64,000 nucleotides of DNA. Source: a plasmid. Within the stretch, counting starts at the first letter, position 1, and each line of letters opens with the position of its first letter. Under the pieces are notes generated by a model. That model saw only the letters and a list, made by a program, of their open reading frames with translations. It made no database searches and was not told the DNA's origin. The position numbers were made by a program, and so were the translations under genes. The stretch is from the sequence record OW849071.1; one strand, 5' to 3'. Of the stretch, positions 55,596 through 64,000 are shown piece by piece.

Positions 55596-56600
55596 ATGGC
55601 TATGGTCAATGCCCGCATCGATGACGAGCTGAAAGCCCGGGTCGATGCAGTACTTCAGCGCAGGAATATAACGGTCACCCAGAATATGACAGATCTGTAC
55701 CGTTATATTGATCAGCATGAGCAGTCACCCTTTTTGCCAGCCCCTCGGCCGCACACTGCCGGCGATGTTGTGGCAAAGTGCTGTTCTGATTTGATGAATA
55801 TCCGCGATGCACTGCTGCTTATCCGCGGCCATGCGGAGCGCCAGGCTGGCACCGGGGAGATGGCTTCACTTTATCAGTTATTTACCCGTTCCCGCCTGGC
55901 GTTTGCCGATGGGCTGTGCTGGCTGCACAGTGCCCCGGCGTTGCCCTTCACAGTTGACCGGCTGCTGTTGCCCCTGGCTCAGGTTCAGGCGCAGATCGCA
56001 GAGTGTGATATTGCGCTGGGTGGCGGAAGCCGCGATGCTCTGGTGCTTTCTGATGATGCGTTAAGCAAGCTCGCAGCCAATTTTAACGAGCTCGATAAAG
56101 TGGTGATAAGCCTGTGTGAAAAGGTTGGGGTGCTCCGCCGGCTTCCGCCTGTAGTAACTGAAGAACAGCGCTTTGATGGGGAGTTCTGTACCGTCTTCAC
56201 GAAAGATGTCAGCTTTCCGGGAAATGTTGAAGTCATTATCCACCTGCGTCCCGATCTGCTCCGCCTATTAACTCCTCACCTGAAAGAAGCGATTTGCTGC
56301 CCTCGAATTCCTGGATGGACTCCTGGTGTTGATATTAATAGCGGTTTTAACACATACATCCCAGCACCGGCGGATTATTTTCAGAAGATGGACTCCATTA
56401 CAGCTGTTGCAATGGCACCGGCAGGAGGAGCGATGGGAGTATGCGGTCTTCTTTTTGTTCAGGGTGAAACAAGGATCCATTACTGGTCGGAGAAATCTGC
56501 TCAGGTCAACCCTGTCTCCCGCGACATGCTGTCAGAGGCAGTCTGCGTGAAAATCGAAAATCATATCCGAAACATTCTTCAGGGCTCTGACACTAAATGA
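55596..56600 (+). CDS. DinJ/RelB-like ribbon-helix-helix antitoxin-type N-terminal domain fused to a ~265-aa C-terminal domain of unknown function.
   Basis: MAMVNARIDDELKARVDAVLQRRNITVTQNMTDLYRYI parallels the DinJ N-terminus (MAANAFVRARIDEDLKNQAADVLAGMGLTISDLVRITL). An AAGGAG ribosome-binding site lies 7 nt upstream. The C-terminal 265 aa have no motif I can place. There is a 4-nt ATGA overlap with the next ORF. Confidence 0.55.
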   Translation: MAMVNARIDDELKARVDAVLQRRNITVTQNMTDLYRYIDQHEQSPFLPAPRPHTAGDVVAKCCSDLMNIRDALLLIRGHAERQAGTGEMASLYQLFTRSRLAFADGLCWLHSAPALPFTVDRLLLPLAQVQAQIAECDIALGGGSRDALVLSDDALSKLAANFNELDKVVISLCEKVGVLRRLPPVVTEEQRFDGEFCTVFTKDVSFPGNVEVIIHLRPDLLRLLTPHLKEAICCPRIPGWTPGVDINSGFNTYIPAPADYFQKMDSITAVAMAPAGGAMGVCGLLFVQGETRIHYWSEKSAQVNPVSRDMLSEAVCVKIENHIRNILQGSDTK

Positions 56601-56777
56601 CCAACAGAAAAGCAATTCCTGACAAAGTTCAGGCTAAGATAATGGACAAAAGCGCGGCGCGGTGCGCTATCTGTTACAGCACGCGGATGAATACCGATGT
56701 GGTGTATCCCGTTCCTGGCTTCCAGAGTGCACACATTGACCAAAACGCCGCCAACTGCGCGGAGAATAATCTATACC
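56597..56777 (+). pseudogene. Small Cys-containing protein (CxxC...H...N; HNH-like guess), truncated after ~60 codons by the Tn3-family inverted repeat.
   Basis: MTNRKAIPDKVQAKIMDKSAARCAICYSTRMNTDVVYPVPGFQSAHIDQNAANCAENNLY, after which the frame runs into the 38-bp inverted repeat at 56778. It is translationally coupled to the upstream gene. Confidence 0.4.
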
Positions 56778-56815
56778 GGGGTTCGAGGTTCAATCGTGTA
56801 AAAAACCACGTTAAG
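56778..56815 (+). repeat. 38-bp Tn3-family terminal inverted repeat.
   Basis: GGGGTTCGAGGTTCAATCGTGTAAAAAACCACGTTAAG has a GGGG start and an ACGTTAAG end and overlaps the tnpA stop, as in Tn3-family elements. Confidence 0.7.
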
Positions 56816-59515
56816 GCAATAATTCATTGTTTGAATTGAAATTTAATGGCCTCAACTCTCCCTTCAGAATATTTTCCGGCAGCGTGAACGTATAATGTCC
56901 CAGCATGTTGATATGACCGTACATCAGTGGCGACAGGCGTGAGATATGCTCGTCTTCCGGGATCTCACCAGCGCTGCGCAAATGTGATAGCGCTTCCTGC
57001 ATATAAAGCGTGTTCCACAATACAACTGCGTTAGTGACAAGCCCCAGCGCACCCAGTTGATCCTCCTGCCCCTCACGGTAACGTTTTCTAATCTCACCAC
57101 GTTGGCCGTAACAGATCGCCCTTGCCACGGCGTGACGGCCTTCTCCCCGGTTAAGCTGAGTCAGTATCCTGCGACGATATTCTTCATCATCAATGTAGTT
57201 GAGGAGGTACAGCGTCTTGTTGACCCGTCCCACCTCCATAATCGCCTGCGCCAGCCCTGACGGACGGGAACTTTTTAAAAGCGAGCCCACAAGTTCTGAG
57301 GCGTGGACTGTACCCAGCTTCAGAGAACCGGAAACCCTCATCATTTCATCCCATTGGGTTTCTATCTTTGACAGTTCAACGCATCCCCGCGCCAGCTCAT
57401 CCAGTACCCCGTAGTTCGCATTTTTATCTGCACGCCAAAATACCGCCTCACCGGCATCTGCCAGGCGGGGCGAAAACTGGTAGCCCAGCAGCCAGAACAG
57501 GCCAAAGATAATGTCGCTGGACCCTCCAGTGTCCGTCATAATCTCCACCGGATTCAGCCCCGTCTGCTGCTCCAGAAGCCCTTCCAGCACAAAGATAGAG
57601 TCACGCAACGTACCGGGGATAACGATGCCGTGAAAGCCGGAATACTGGTCAGAAACAAAATTGTACCAGGTGATCCCACGCCCTGAGCCAAAGTATTTTC
57701 TGTTAGGGCCAGAGTTCAGCGTTTTTACAGGAGTGACAAAGCGCATCCCATCTGCAGAAGCCACTTCTCCGCCGCCCCAGCGCTCAGACAGTTCCAGCGT
57801 GGACTGAAAATCGACCAACCGGGCATTAGCGCTGACCAGCGTTTCAGCCCGAATGTAGTTTTGTTTTACCCAGCTCAGACGGTGGCGGGTCAGTGCCGGA
57901 ATACTGTGTTTGATCAGCGGTTCATGTCCGATATTGCAGGCTTCAGCGAGCAGTACGGCACACAGGCTGATGTTAAGATCCTGAGCACGGGCTTCAGACT
58001 CACTCACATGAGTGAATTCGCGGGTAAAACCAGTCCGGGCGTCAATTTCAAGCAGCAGCTCTGTCAGATCAACAGGGGGGACCAGCTGCCTGACGCGGCT
58101 GTTCAGAAGAATCAGCGGCTGCGGTTCTTCCAGTTTTTCCAGACTGCTGATGGTCAGGGACGGATATTTACCCTGATGACAGATGCTCACGGCAGCATTC
58201 AGCTCAAAGCGTGAGGCCACCGTTTTCCAGGTTTCGTCCAGTTCGGTTGCCAGCTGTTTAACGGCATTTCCACCATCGGTGGGGTGTCCAAGCGCCCGGC
58301 ATACGGCGATCCGCTGAGCCTGCCATTCTTTCCCCTGAAGAAACTTCTGACGCGGATCGCCCCAGCGATCGCTGTTCTCCAGCCAGATATCGCGGCGACG
58401 CAGCGAATCCTGAAGGCGTTCCAGCAGGCACAATGAGTATCCTGCACGCTGTATCCGGCCTTCGGAGTCGTACACCAGACGTTTCCAGGGACCTGTAATG
58501 ATCTGCTCAGGCGCATTCTCCAGGAGGCGTTTTTTCGAACCACTCAGTTCGGCCAGGTAATGTATGGCCGATAGCGTATTTTCGCCGGCAGGGGCAGACT
58601 GAAAATGTAAATCACGCAGCATCGCTGGCAGAAAGCGCTTAACCCGTCCATATTGCTCGACCATTTCATCCTGGAAATTTGTGTCCTGCGGGCGGGCAAG
58701 CTCATTGACTTTACCTACGGATTCCGCCAGCCGGTTCTTTGGTACGTGGCTGAAAATAGTCTGACGCAGCGCTGCGTCATCCATTTTATCATCCAGTAAA
58801 AGCGTACATGCATGTGCCAGAAGTAGCGCCGCGCGATCAAGATCTTTGAGCGTTCTGAGCCGTTTTTTCTGCCCGGTTTGCTTCGCTGAACGCGTGATAT
58901 TGAGGATCAGCAGATCCAGAACATCGACAGCCTCATCGAGTGCCAAAATTTCCTGTGCTTTAACAAACGCGGTCAGGATGGCCAGCCGCCGTTCCTCCGG
59001 CATTCTGGCGATATATTTTACCGAAGCCATGCCAGCATAACGAGCCAGGTTGCGGAGTTGAATTGCAGGCAGCCCGGCAAAATTCAGCCGGGAAAACTCC
59101 AGGCTGCGCAGGCGTGTGTAGCGCTGAAGTGCGTCAGTAAAGGCCGGACCACTGACGTTGACGGGCCCTTTTCGTATCTGCTCCATCACGGAAACCCGCT
59201 GTCCTTCCGGTATGACAAGCAGACCGGCCAGTTGCTCAGTCTGCCAGCTGTCAGGTAATGCAGCCAGTCTGCGCCACAAACGCCTGCTTGCCCGCTCACG
59301 AATTTCGCCAATGAGCCTCGTCAGCGCTGAGGCTGCGGGCAACAATACTTTATTCTGGAGCAACCATGCCGTGGCAAAATCGAACATCAGACCGGGGCGC
59401 TCGTTACTGAGCCATGTGCGGATATAAAGCAGACGTTTCAGTCTGAACGACCAGGGGAAATCGCCAAAATCATGGTAGTCAGAGTGTTGCCTGATCAGCC
59501 TTTGATGCTCCCAAC
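56811..59515 (-). pseudogene. tnpA: Tn3-family transposase TnpA, N-terminally truncated by IS26.
   Basis: ≥901 codons of a DDE Tn3-type transposase (...LLSDEEYRRRILTQLNRGEGRHAVARAICYGQRGEIRKRYREGQEDQLGALGLVTNAVVLWNTLYMQ...). The frame is open up to the IS26 inverted repeat at 59516, and a start codon and N-terminal DNA-binding region are missing. Confidence 0.8.
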
Positions 59516-60335
59516 GGCACTGTTGCAAATAGTCGGTGGTGATAAACTTATCATCCCCTTTTGCTGATGGAGCTGTACATGAACCCATTCAAAGGCCGGC
59601 ATTTTCAGCGTGACATCATTCTGTGGGCCGTACGCTGGTACTGCAAATACGGCATCAGTTACCGTGAGCTGCAGGAGATGCTGGCTGAACGCGGAGTGAA
59701 TGTCGATCACTCCACGATTTACCGCTGGGTTCAGCGTTATGCGCCTGAAATGGAAAAACGGCTGCGCTGGTACTGGCGTAACCCTTCCGATCTTTGCCCG
59801 TGGCACATGGATGAAACCTACGTGAAGGTCAATGGCCGCTGGGCGTATCTGTACCGGGCCGTCGACAGCCGGGGCCGCACTGTCGATTTTTATCTCTCCT
59901 CCCGTCGTAACAGCAAAGCTGCATACCGGTTTCTGGGTAAAATCCTCAACAACGTGAAGAAGTGGCAGATCCCGCGATTCATCAACACGGATAAAGCGCC
60001 CGCCTATGGTCGCGCGCTTGCTCTGCTCAAACGCGAAGGCCGGTGCCCGTCTGACGTTGAACACCGACAGATTAAGTACCGGAACAACGTGATTGAATGC
60101 GATCATGGCAAACTGAAACGGATAATCGGCGCCACGCTGGGATTTAAATCCATGAAGACGGCTTACGCCACCATCAAAGGTATTGAGGTGATGCGTGCAC
60201 TACGCAAAGGCCAGGCCTCAGCATTTTATTATGGTGATCCCCTGGGCGAAATGCGCCTGGTAAGCAGAGTTTTTGAAATGTAAGGCCTTTGAATAAGACA
60301 AAAGGCTGCCTCATCGCTAACTTTGCAACAGTGCC
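59516..60335 (+). mobile_element. IS26 (820 bp).
   Basis: 14-bp inverted repeats ggcactgttgcaaa (59516-59529) and tttgcaacagtgcc (60322-60335). The flanks gctcccaa and attttttc do not match. Confidence 0.95.
59579..60283 (+). CDS. tnpA: IS26 transposase Tnp26.
   Basis: MNPFKGRHFQRDIILWAVRWYCKYGISYRELQEMLAERGVNVDHSTIYRWVQRYAPEMEKRLRWYW...RLVSRVFEM is the canonical 234-aa IS26 transposase. Confidence 0.95.
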   Translation: MNPFKGRHFQRDIILWAVRWYCKYGISYRELQEMLAERGVNVDHSTIYRWVQRYAPEMEKRLRWYWRNPSDLCPWHMDETYVKVNGRWAYLYRAVDSRGRTVDFYLSSRRNSKAAYRFLGKILNNVKKWQIPRFINTDKAPAYGRALALLKREGRCPSDVEHRQIKYRNNVIECDHGKLKRIIGATLGFKSMKTAYATIKGIEVMRALRKGQASAFYYGDPLGEMRLVSRVFEM

Positions 60336-61051
60336 ATTTTTTCTATGCCCCTGCCCGGGGCTTTTGGCGTTTGTCCGGATTCATGAAATTGCCTGGTTTT
60401 TATCCATCTGACGTTCCGGCCGTCGGACCATCGCTGGTTTGAGCACGTATACCCTGTGACGTTCGCACCAGGTTTTCACTTATCCACAAAAACCCGCAAA
60501 TGAATAAACAGGGAATTTAGCAAAAGGGTAACAGCAAACCTGCAAAATAGTCTTACCCCACTTTTTTAATCCCCTGCATTGCAAGCTGCAGGGAGATCTT
60601 TTGTCTTTGCCGGCTCTGTGAATAACTCAGTGAGGCCTTCGCTTACAGCGGCCGCAAGCGTCCGCGTCGCTCAGATAAAAGTAGCGCCCATCGCTTCGCG
60701 ACGGGCCCCGACCAGAGAACCACATTAGTTACAGCATTCAAAAGGAAATCCGTCATAAAACCGGCGCCGGTTTGCCAGCCAGGAGCCCCTCCCCACCACT
60801 GAAAAGCGCCGCCGCCCCCGGCCGAAGGCCGGGAGTAGTGTCGCTTTTAATGATGGGTGTTGTAACTATTCTTCTTCATCGCTGTAGGTGGAGCTGTGGT
60901 CAGTTGTTTAGTACACGCTCGTAAGCGGCCCTGCGGCCCGCTAACGCGGAGATACGCCCCGACTGCGGCTAACGCCTTGTCGGGACCACTCCGACCGCGT
61001 ACAGCAGCTTCTGTATCGTTTTTAGCGGGTTTGTTCTGGGCTTAGCAGTGT

Positions 61052-61080
61052 GGGGGATTATTACGGCTGAAGCCGTAATG
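61052..61080 (+). terminator. Rho-independent terminator-like hairpin.
   Basis: attacggc-tgaa-gccgtaat (8-bp stem, 4-nt loop) followed by gcttttttcg. Confidence 0.45.
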
Positions 61081-61303
61081 CTTTTTTCGTCCTCGCTTCG
61101 CTGCGGGGGTCTCAGGCGCATGGCGCCTCCCATGCGCTGACGCGCATCAAAAACCCGTCCCCTGCGCCACTTGTGTCTGACGCACGCGAGAGTCCGCTGC
61201 GGCAAAAAAACAAGAAGAGAGCTAGACGAAGGTCGCTCAGCTCCCCGTAATTTTTTATATACTCACCACGGGGACATTAGATCTGCTTTTGCCAAAAAAA
61301 CGG

Positions 61304-61639
61304 CTAGTTTTTTCTGGATTTACCCAAACCAAAGGCACCGGCATTCACTATAAACGAGGCCTTTCTGATCGGCGTATCGATATCAAATATGGGGTTTTCA
61401 GCACGCCTTCTTTCAAAGTACTTATTTCTCTCCGATTCATTTTTAAAAGCGCTACCTGTCCTTGCAATCCTCTCCTGAATAAGCATCTTTTCATGCTCAG
61501 CCTTTTTGGTTGAGTTGGCCTTAGCGAGATTCTTTTCAAGGGATTTCGTATGCTTTTTTATATGCTTTCTCAACCTAGCTTTATGGCCAAATGAGAGTTT
61601 ACATATCGGACAAGTGAATAATTCTTCCATAAGCTTCAT
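61304..61639 (-). CDS. Small basic protein with a eukaryote-like C2H2 zinc-finger motif.
   Basis: MKLMEELFTCPICKLSFGHKARLRKHIKKHTKSLEKNLAKANSTKKAEHEKMLIQERIARTGSAFKNESERNKYF... fits F-x-C-x2-C-x3-F-x5-L-x2-H-x3-H. GC content is lower than in the flanks. The longer 158-aa ORF version has an implausible N-terminal extension. Confidence 0.45.
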   Translation of the reverse strand: MKLMEELFTCPICKLSFGHKARLRKHIKKHTKSLEKNLAKANSTKKAEHEKMLIQERIARTGSAFKNESERNKYFERRRAENPIFDIDTPIRKASFIVNAGAFGLGKSRKN

Positions 61640-61811
61640 GAGTGTAAGGGGAAGGTTATATTTACCATAGCATTCCTTGTCCGAACTGCCATGCGATGGT
61701 CCACCGGGGCAATGAGGCAAAGCCGTTGTCTGTGGAAGCACTACGCGGCATGATGAGCGTCGCCAGTTGCACACCGGCAAAGACGTGAAACACTTTTAAC
61801 CGGAGCCAGTC

Positions 61812-62093
61812 ATGCGCGTTGCCGAAAGCATCATCCTCGATGCCCTCACTCGCGGAGGATGCATCAAAACCTTTTACCGCATATCCTCACGGCAGGCTGC
61901 TGAATCGGCCACGCGGATACCTGAGGGGTATATTCTGGAGTCGCCCGGCGAGCGGGAAGATATTGTGCTCTCGCGCGCGGACTTTCATGCGCTGGAGAAG
62001 CTGCTGGAGCAGAAGGAAACCTGGGAGCAGGTGGTCGGTGTGACCTGTTTTGGTGGGGCAACATGGCAGCTGAGACCGACTGTACAGAGCTGA
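61812..62093 (+). CDS. Hypothetical protein (93 aa).
   Basis: ORF immediately upstream of and co-directional with the 203-aa gene. No family was recognised. Confidence 0.3.
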   Translation: MRVAESIILDALTRGGCIKTFYRISSRQAAESATRIPEGYILESPGEREDIVLSRADFHALEKLLEQKETWEQVVGVTCFGGATWQLRPTVQS

Positions 62094-62146
62094 ACAACTG
62101 AGATTTAAGACCAGGGAATCAGTAAGACTGAAGGGAGGTATCTGTT

Positions 62147-62758
62147 ATGACGCTGACAGAAAAAACAGGCCATCTGGCATGGTGTGCACTGGTCGCGCTG
62201 GCACTGGCCAGACAGGAGCAGGGAGAACTCTCTCCCGCACAGGAAAATCTCTTTCTCACCCGCTGGCTCGCGGCAGCACTGAAGCAACGGCGATTCTCGC
62301 GCGATGTGGCACAGGATATCGGGTGGTTACTGAATCAGGGGCGTTTGCTGGGTGTGAGAGCTAAGCTGGCCGACAAACTGGGCTATGTCTGGCGCTCCTG
62401 CAGCGGCGAGTTGACTGAACAGAACGACATGTTCCGCCTGACGTATGCGCTGGAAACAGCGAAAGACATGGGCTGGAATTACCGCGTAATGAGCGACAGA
62501 GAATGGGCCGGACGATATGCTTTGGTACTCAATCCTGGAGTAAACGGTGTTTATCTCTTACGGACAAACCTTGATGCCGCTTTTGACGACAATGGCCAAC
62601 AGACAAATCCGCTGACAGTACGTCTGACAGGGAACGTAACTGGGATAATGAAACTGTTAAATCGCTGTGGCTGGCAGGCTGAGCCTGAGTCTGATGCCTC
62701 CCTGCCCCACCAGTTTTCACTGATGGCCCGGCAGGGAGTGCCAGGAAAGGGGGATTAG
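62147..62758 (+). CDS. Conserved hypothetical protein (203 aa); intact paralog of the pseudogene at 13813..14350.
   Basis: MTLTEKTGHLAWCALVALALARQEQGELSPAQENLFLTRWLAAALKQRRFSRDV... is ~70-75% identical to the frameshifted copy. A GGGAGG ribosome-binding site lies upstream. Confidence 0.5.
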   Translation: MTLTEKTGHLAWCALVALALARQEQGELSPAQENLFLTRWLAAALKQRRFSRDVAQDIGWLLNQGRLLGVRAKLADKLGYVWRSCSGELTEQNDMFRLTYALETAKDMGWNYRVMSDREWAGRYALVLNPGVNGVYLLRTNLDAAFDDNGQQTNPLTVRLTGNVTGIMKLLNRCGWQAEPESDASLPHQFSLMARQGVPGKGD

Positions 62759-62759
62759 T

Positions 62760-62925
62760 GGCGGATTTGTGCCAGGTTATCTTCAGTCAGACCGGTCATT
62801 TTCATGACAGTATTGCGGTCAATGCCGTTCTGCAGCATGGTACGGGCAATTTTCAGAGTGGCCTGACGCTCACCTTCTGAACGGCCTATTAGCGTGTGCT
62901 CCGGTGGTTTGCACATGCGCAAATT
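62760..62925 (-). pseudogene. C-terminal fragment of an Rpn/YhgA-like recombination-promoting nuclease (putative transposase).
   Basis: The reverse frame reads MCKPPEHTLIGRSEGERQATLKIARTMLQNGIDRNTVMKMTGLTEDNLAQIRH, which resembles the conserved C-terminal tail of YhgA-like proteins. No PD-(D/E)XK body is present. Confidence 0.4.
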
Positions 62926-62942
62926 TTTCAGCCCAAAGGGGG

Positions 62943-63935
62943 CTAATCATCACGGGGATTACGTTCAAATCCCCTGCGCCCTCTTGCTGCCCATTCAGCA
63001 TTGAGTACCACGTAACGCTCCCAGCGTTCACGCAGCTGTGCGAGCTTTAGCGGTACTTCTTTGGTGACAAAGGCTTCCGGTATTTCAAAGTCATCAAGAT
63101 GCCCTTCCAGGTATACATGTACGCCTTCCAACACATCAATCAGAGTGATGTTGTTACTTTGTTGCCCTTCAAGAAGCGGCCCCTGCCAGCTATGCCAGAA
63201 GGCCTGATGGCGCAGACAGCTTTCGTCATTCGCGAGCCTCCATAAATCCATAAAGATTCCTCGTGCAACTTTGAACGGCTGTTCATCAAACTGTTCGATG
63301 AGAAAGAAATAACACGGGATCTTGAGCGCGTTAATACGCGCAATTTCAATTTCAGCATCACGGCGCAAGGCAATCAGATTGCTAAAGCGCGAGCGCATAC
63401 AGGCGACAGGGTTCAATACCCTTACCTTTTCATTCATTTCAGGCATGCCGGGGCCGGTTGCTTCTACATAAAACGGGGCGGTATACAGGTAAAGCTTTTT
63501 CCCCTGAAAATCAGAACGGTCAAAGCCTCCGGGGCGGTCGATAATATCCACCACATTTGGCTCGTCAGGCGCATCCGGTACGGCAAATAAGCGTCCATCA
63601 TCCCGTTTGATATCGTGTGTATCCTGATCGATAAGCATAAACTGCGCAAGGGATGGGGGCTGACCGTCTTTGTTCTCCCACGTCTTAACGTTGAGCGTTT
63701 TTGCTATAGCCGCAATATCATCTTTCCGGGCGCTGTAGTCGCAGTCAACAGATGTGGTGAGGCGCTCATCAGGCAATCTGTCGCCGTATTGTGCATGATA
63801 ATAGGATATCCAGTATTGCACAGCCTGACCGCCAACTGTGATAACGGCATGTTTGAACTGATCAGCGTTGCAGATCAGCTGCTGATTTAGCAGGTACATC
63901 TGCTCATAGGGGGGAATAACGTCTTGAACAGGCAT
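62943..63935 (-). CDS. Hypothetical protein (~331 aa) with a possible GG...DxD nucleotidyltransferase-like motif.
   Basis: MPVQDVIPPYEQMYLLNQQLICNADQFKHAVITVGGQAVQYWISYY...TTSVDCDYS... The start is preceded by the hairpin aaaccatcattcgctgatggttt and a T-tract. No firm family assignment was possible. Confidence 0.4.
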   Translation of the reverse strand: MPVQDVIPPYEQMYLLNQQLICNADQFKHAVITVGGQAVQYWISYYHAQYGDRLPDERLTTSVDCDYSARKDDIAAIAKTLNVKTWENKDGQPPSLAQFMLIDQDTHDIKRDDGRLFAVPDAPDEPNVVDIIDRPGGFDRSDFQGKKLYLYTAPFYVEATGPGMPEMNEKVRVLNPVACMRSRFSNLIALRRDAEIEIARINALKIPCYFFLIEQFDEQPFKVARGIFMDLWRLANDESCLRHQAFWHSWQGPLLEGQQSNNITLIDVLEGVHVYLEGHLDDFEIPEAFVTKEVPLKLAQLRERWERYVVLNAEWAARGRRGFERNPRDD

Positions 63936-64000
63936 AAAAAAACCATCAGCGAATGATGGTTTATTGTGCCTCAAAGTTCAGGATCAGGCAAAAGCGATAG

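Overview
This window is a mosaic accessory region, most consistent with a large Enterobacteriaceae (Klebsiella-type) plasmid. Catabolic and uptake cargo is interleaved with many insertion sequences and IS remnants.

Gene content from left to right:
- 1-5922: a formamidase (AmiF/FmdA-type, partial) followed by a Urt-like urea/short-chain-amide ABC transporter (urtABCDE-like). Its permease gene urtC is split by an IS1 copy flanked by a target-site duplication (TSD).
- 6125-10388: a divergently transcribed two-component system. The hybrid histidine kinase has an N-terminal NCS1-like transporter domain and a cysteine-rich segment. The response regulator is LuxR/FixJ-type.
- 10393-14350: an IS graveyard. 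It holds an IS91-family fragment, an IS3-family orfB fragment, IS903 copy 1, IS110/IS1111-family copy 1, and a frameshifted paralog of a 203-aa protein.
- 15591-23423: an AmiC/AmiR (ANTAR)-headed operon. It encodes a Dpp/Opp-like ABC transporter plus an acetamidase/formamidase-family (FmdA_AmdA) hydrolase. A leader terminator hairpin lies just upstream.
- 24978-32529: a complete fecIRABCDE ferric-dicitrate system with its Fur box and FecI-dependent fecA promoter.
- 32530-34904: an IS66 remnant, an EAL-domain fragment, and the second, inverted IS110-family copy.
- 35383-41171: E. coli-type lacI, the CAP/promoter/operator region, lacZ and lacY. lacA is truncated by a second IS1 copy.
- 41933-43088: a low-GC islet with an orphan LuxR-family regulator.
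- 43213-52572: pgm-glgP-glgA-glgC-glgB, with no glgX.
- 52904-54737: IS903 copy 2, itself split by a third IS1 copy with a perfect 9-bp TSD.
- 55596-56777: a two-gene module fronted by operator repeats. It encodes a DinJ/RelB-like ribbon-helix-helix (RHH) protein fused to a ~265-aa unknown domain, and a small Cys-containing ORF cut by a Tn3-family inverted repeat.
- 56778-60335: a Tn3-family tnpA truncated by IS26.
- 60336-63935: a plasmid leading-region-like tail. It contains a GC-rich hairpin-dense spacer, a small bacterial C2H2 zinc-finger protein, the intact 203-aa paralog, and a 331-aa unknown protein.

The best candidates for undescribed systems are: (i) the amide-sensing transporter-fused hybrid kinase with its response regulator beside the formamidase/Urt-like locus; (ii) the AmiC/AmiR-controlled Dpp-like transporter plus FmdA_AmdA amidase operon; (iii) the RHH-fusion two-gene module. 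All identifications come from reading the provided translations and sequence against remembered family sequences. No database searches were run.
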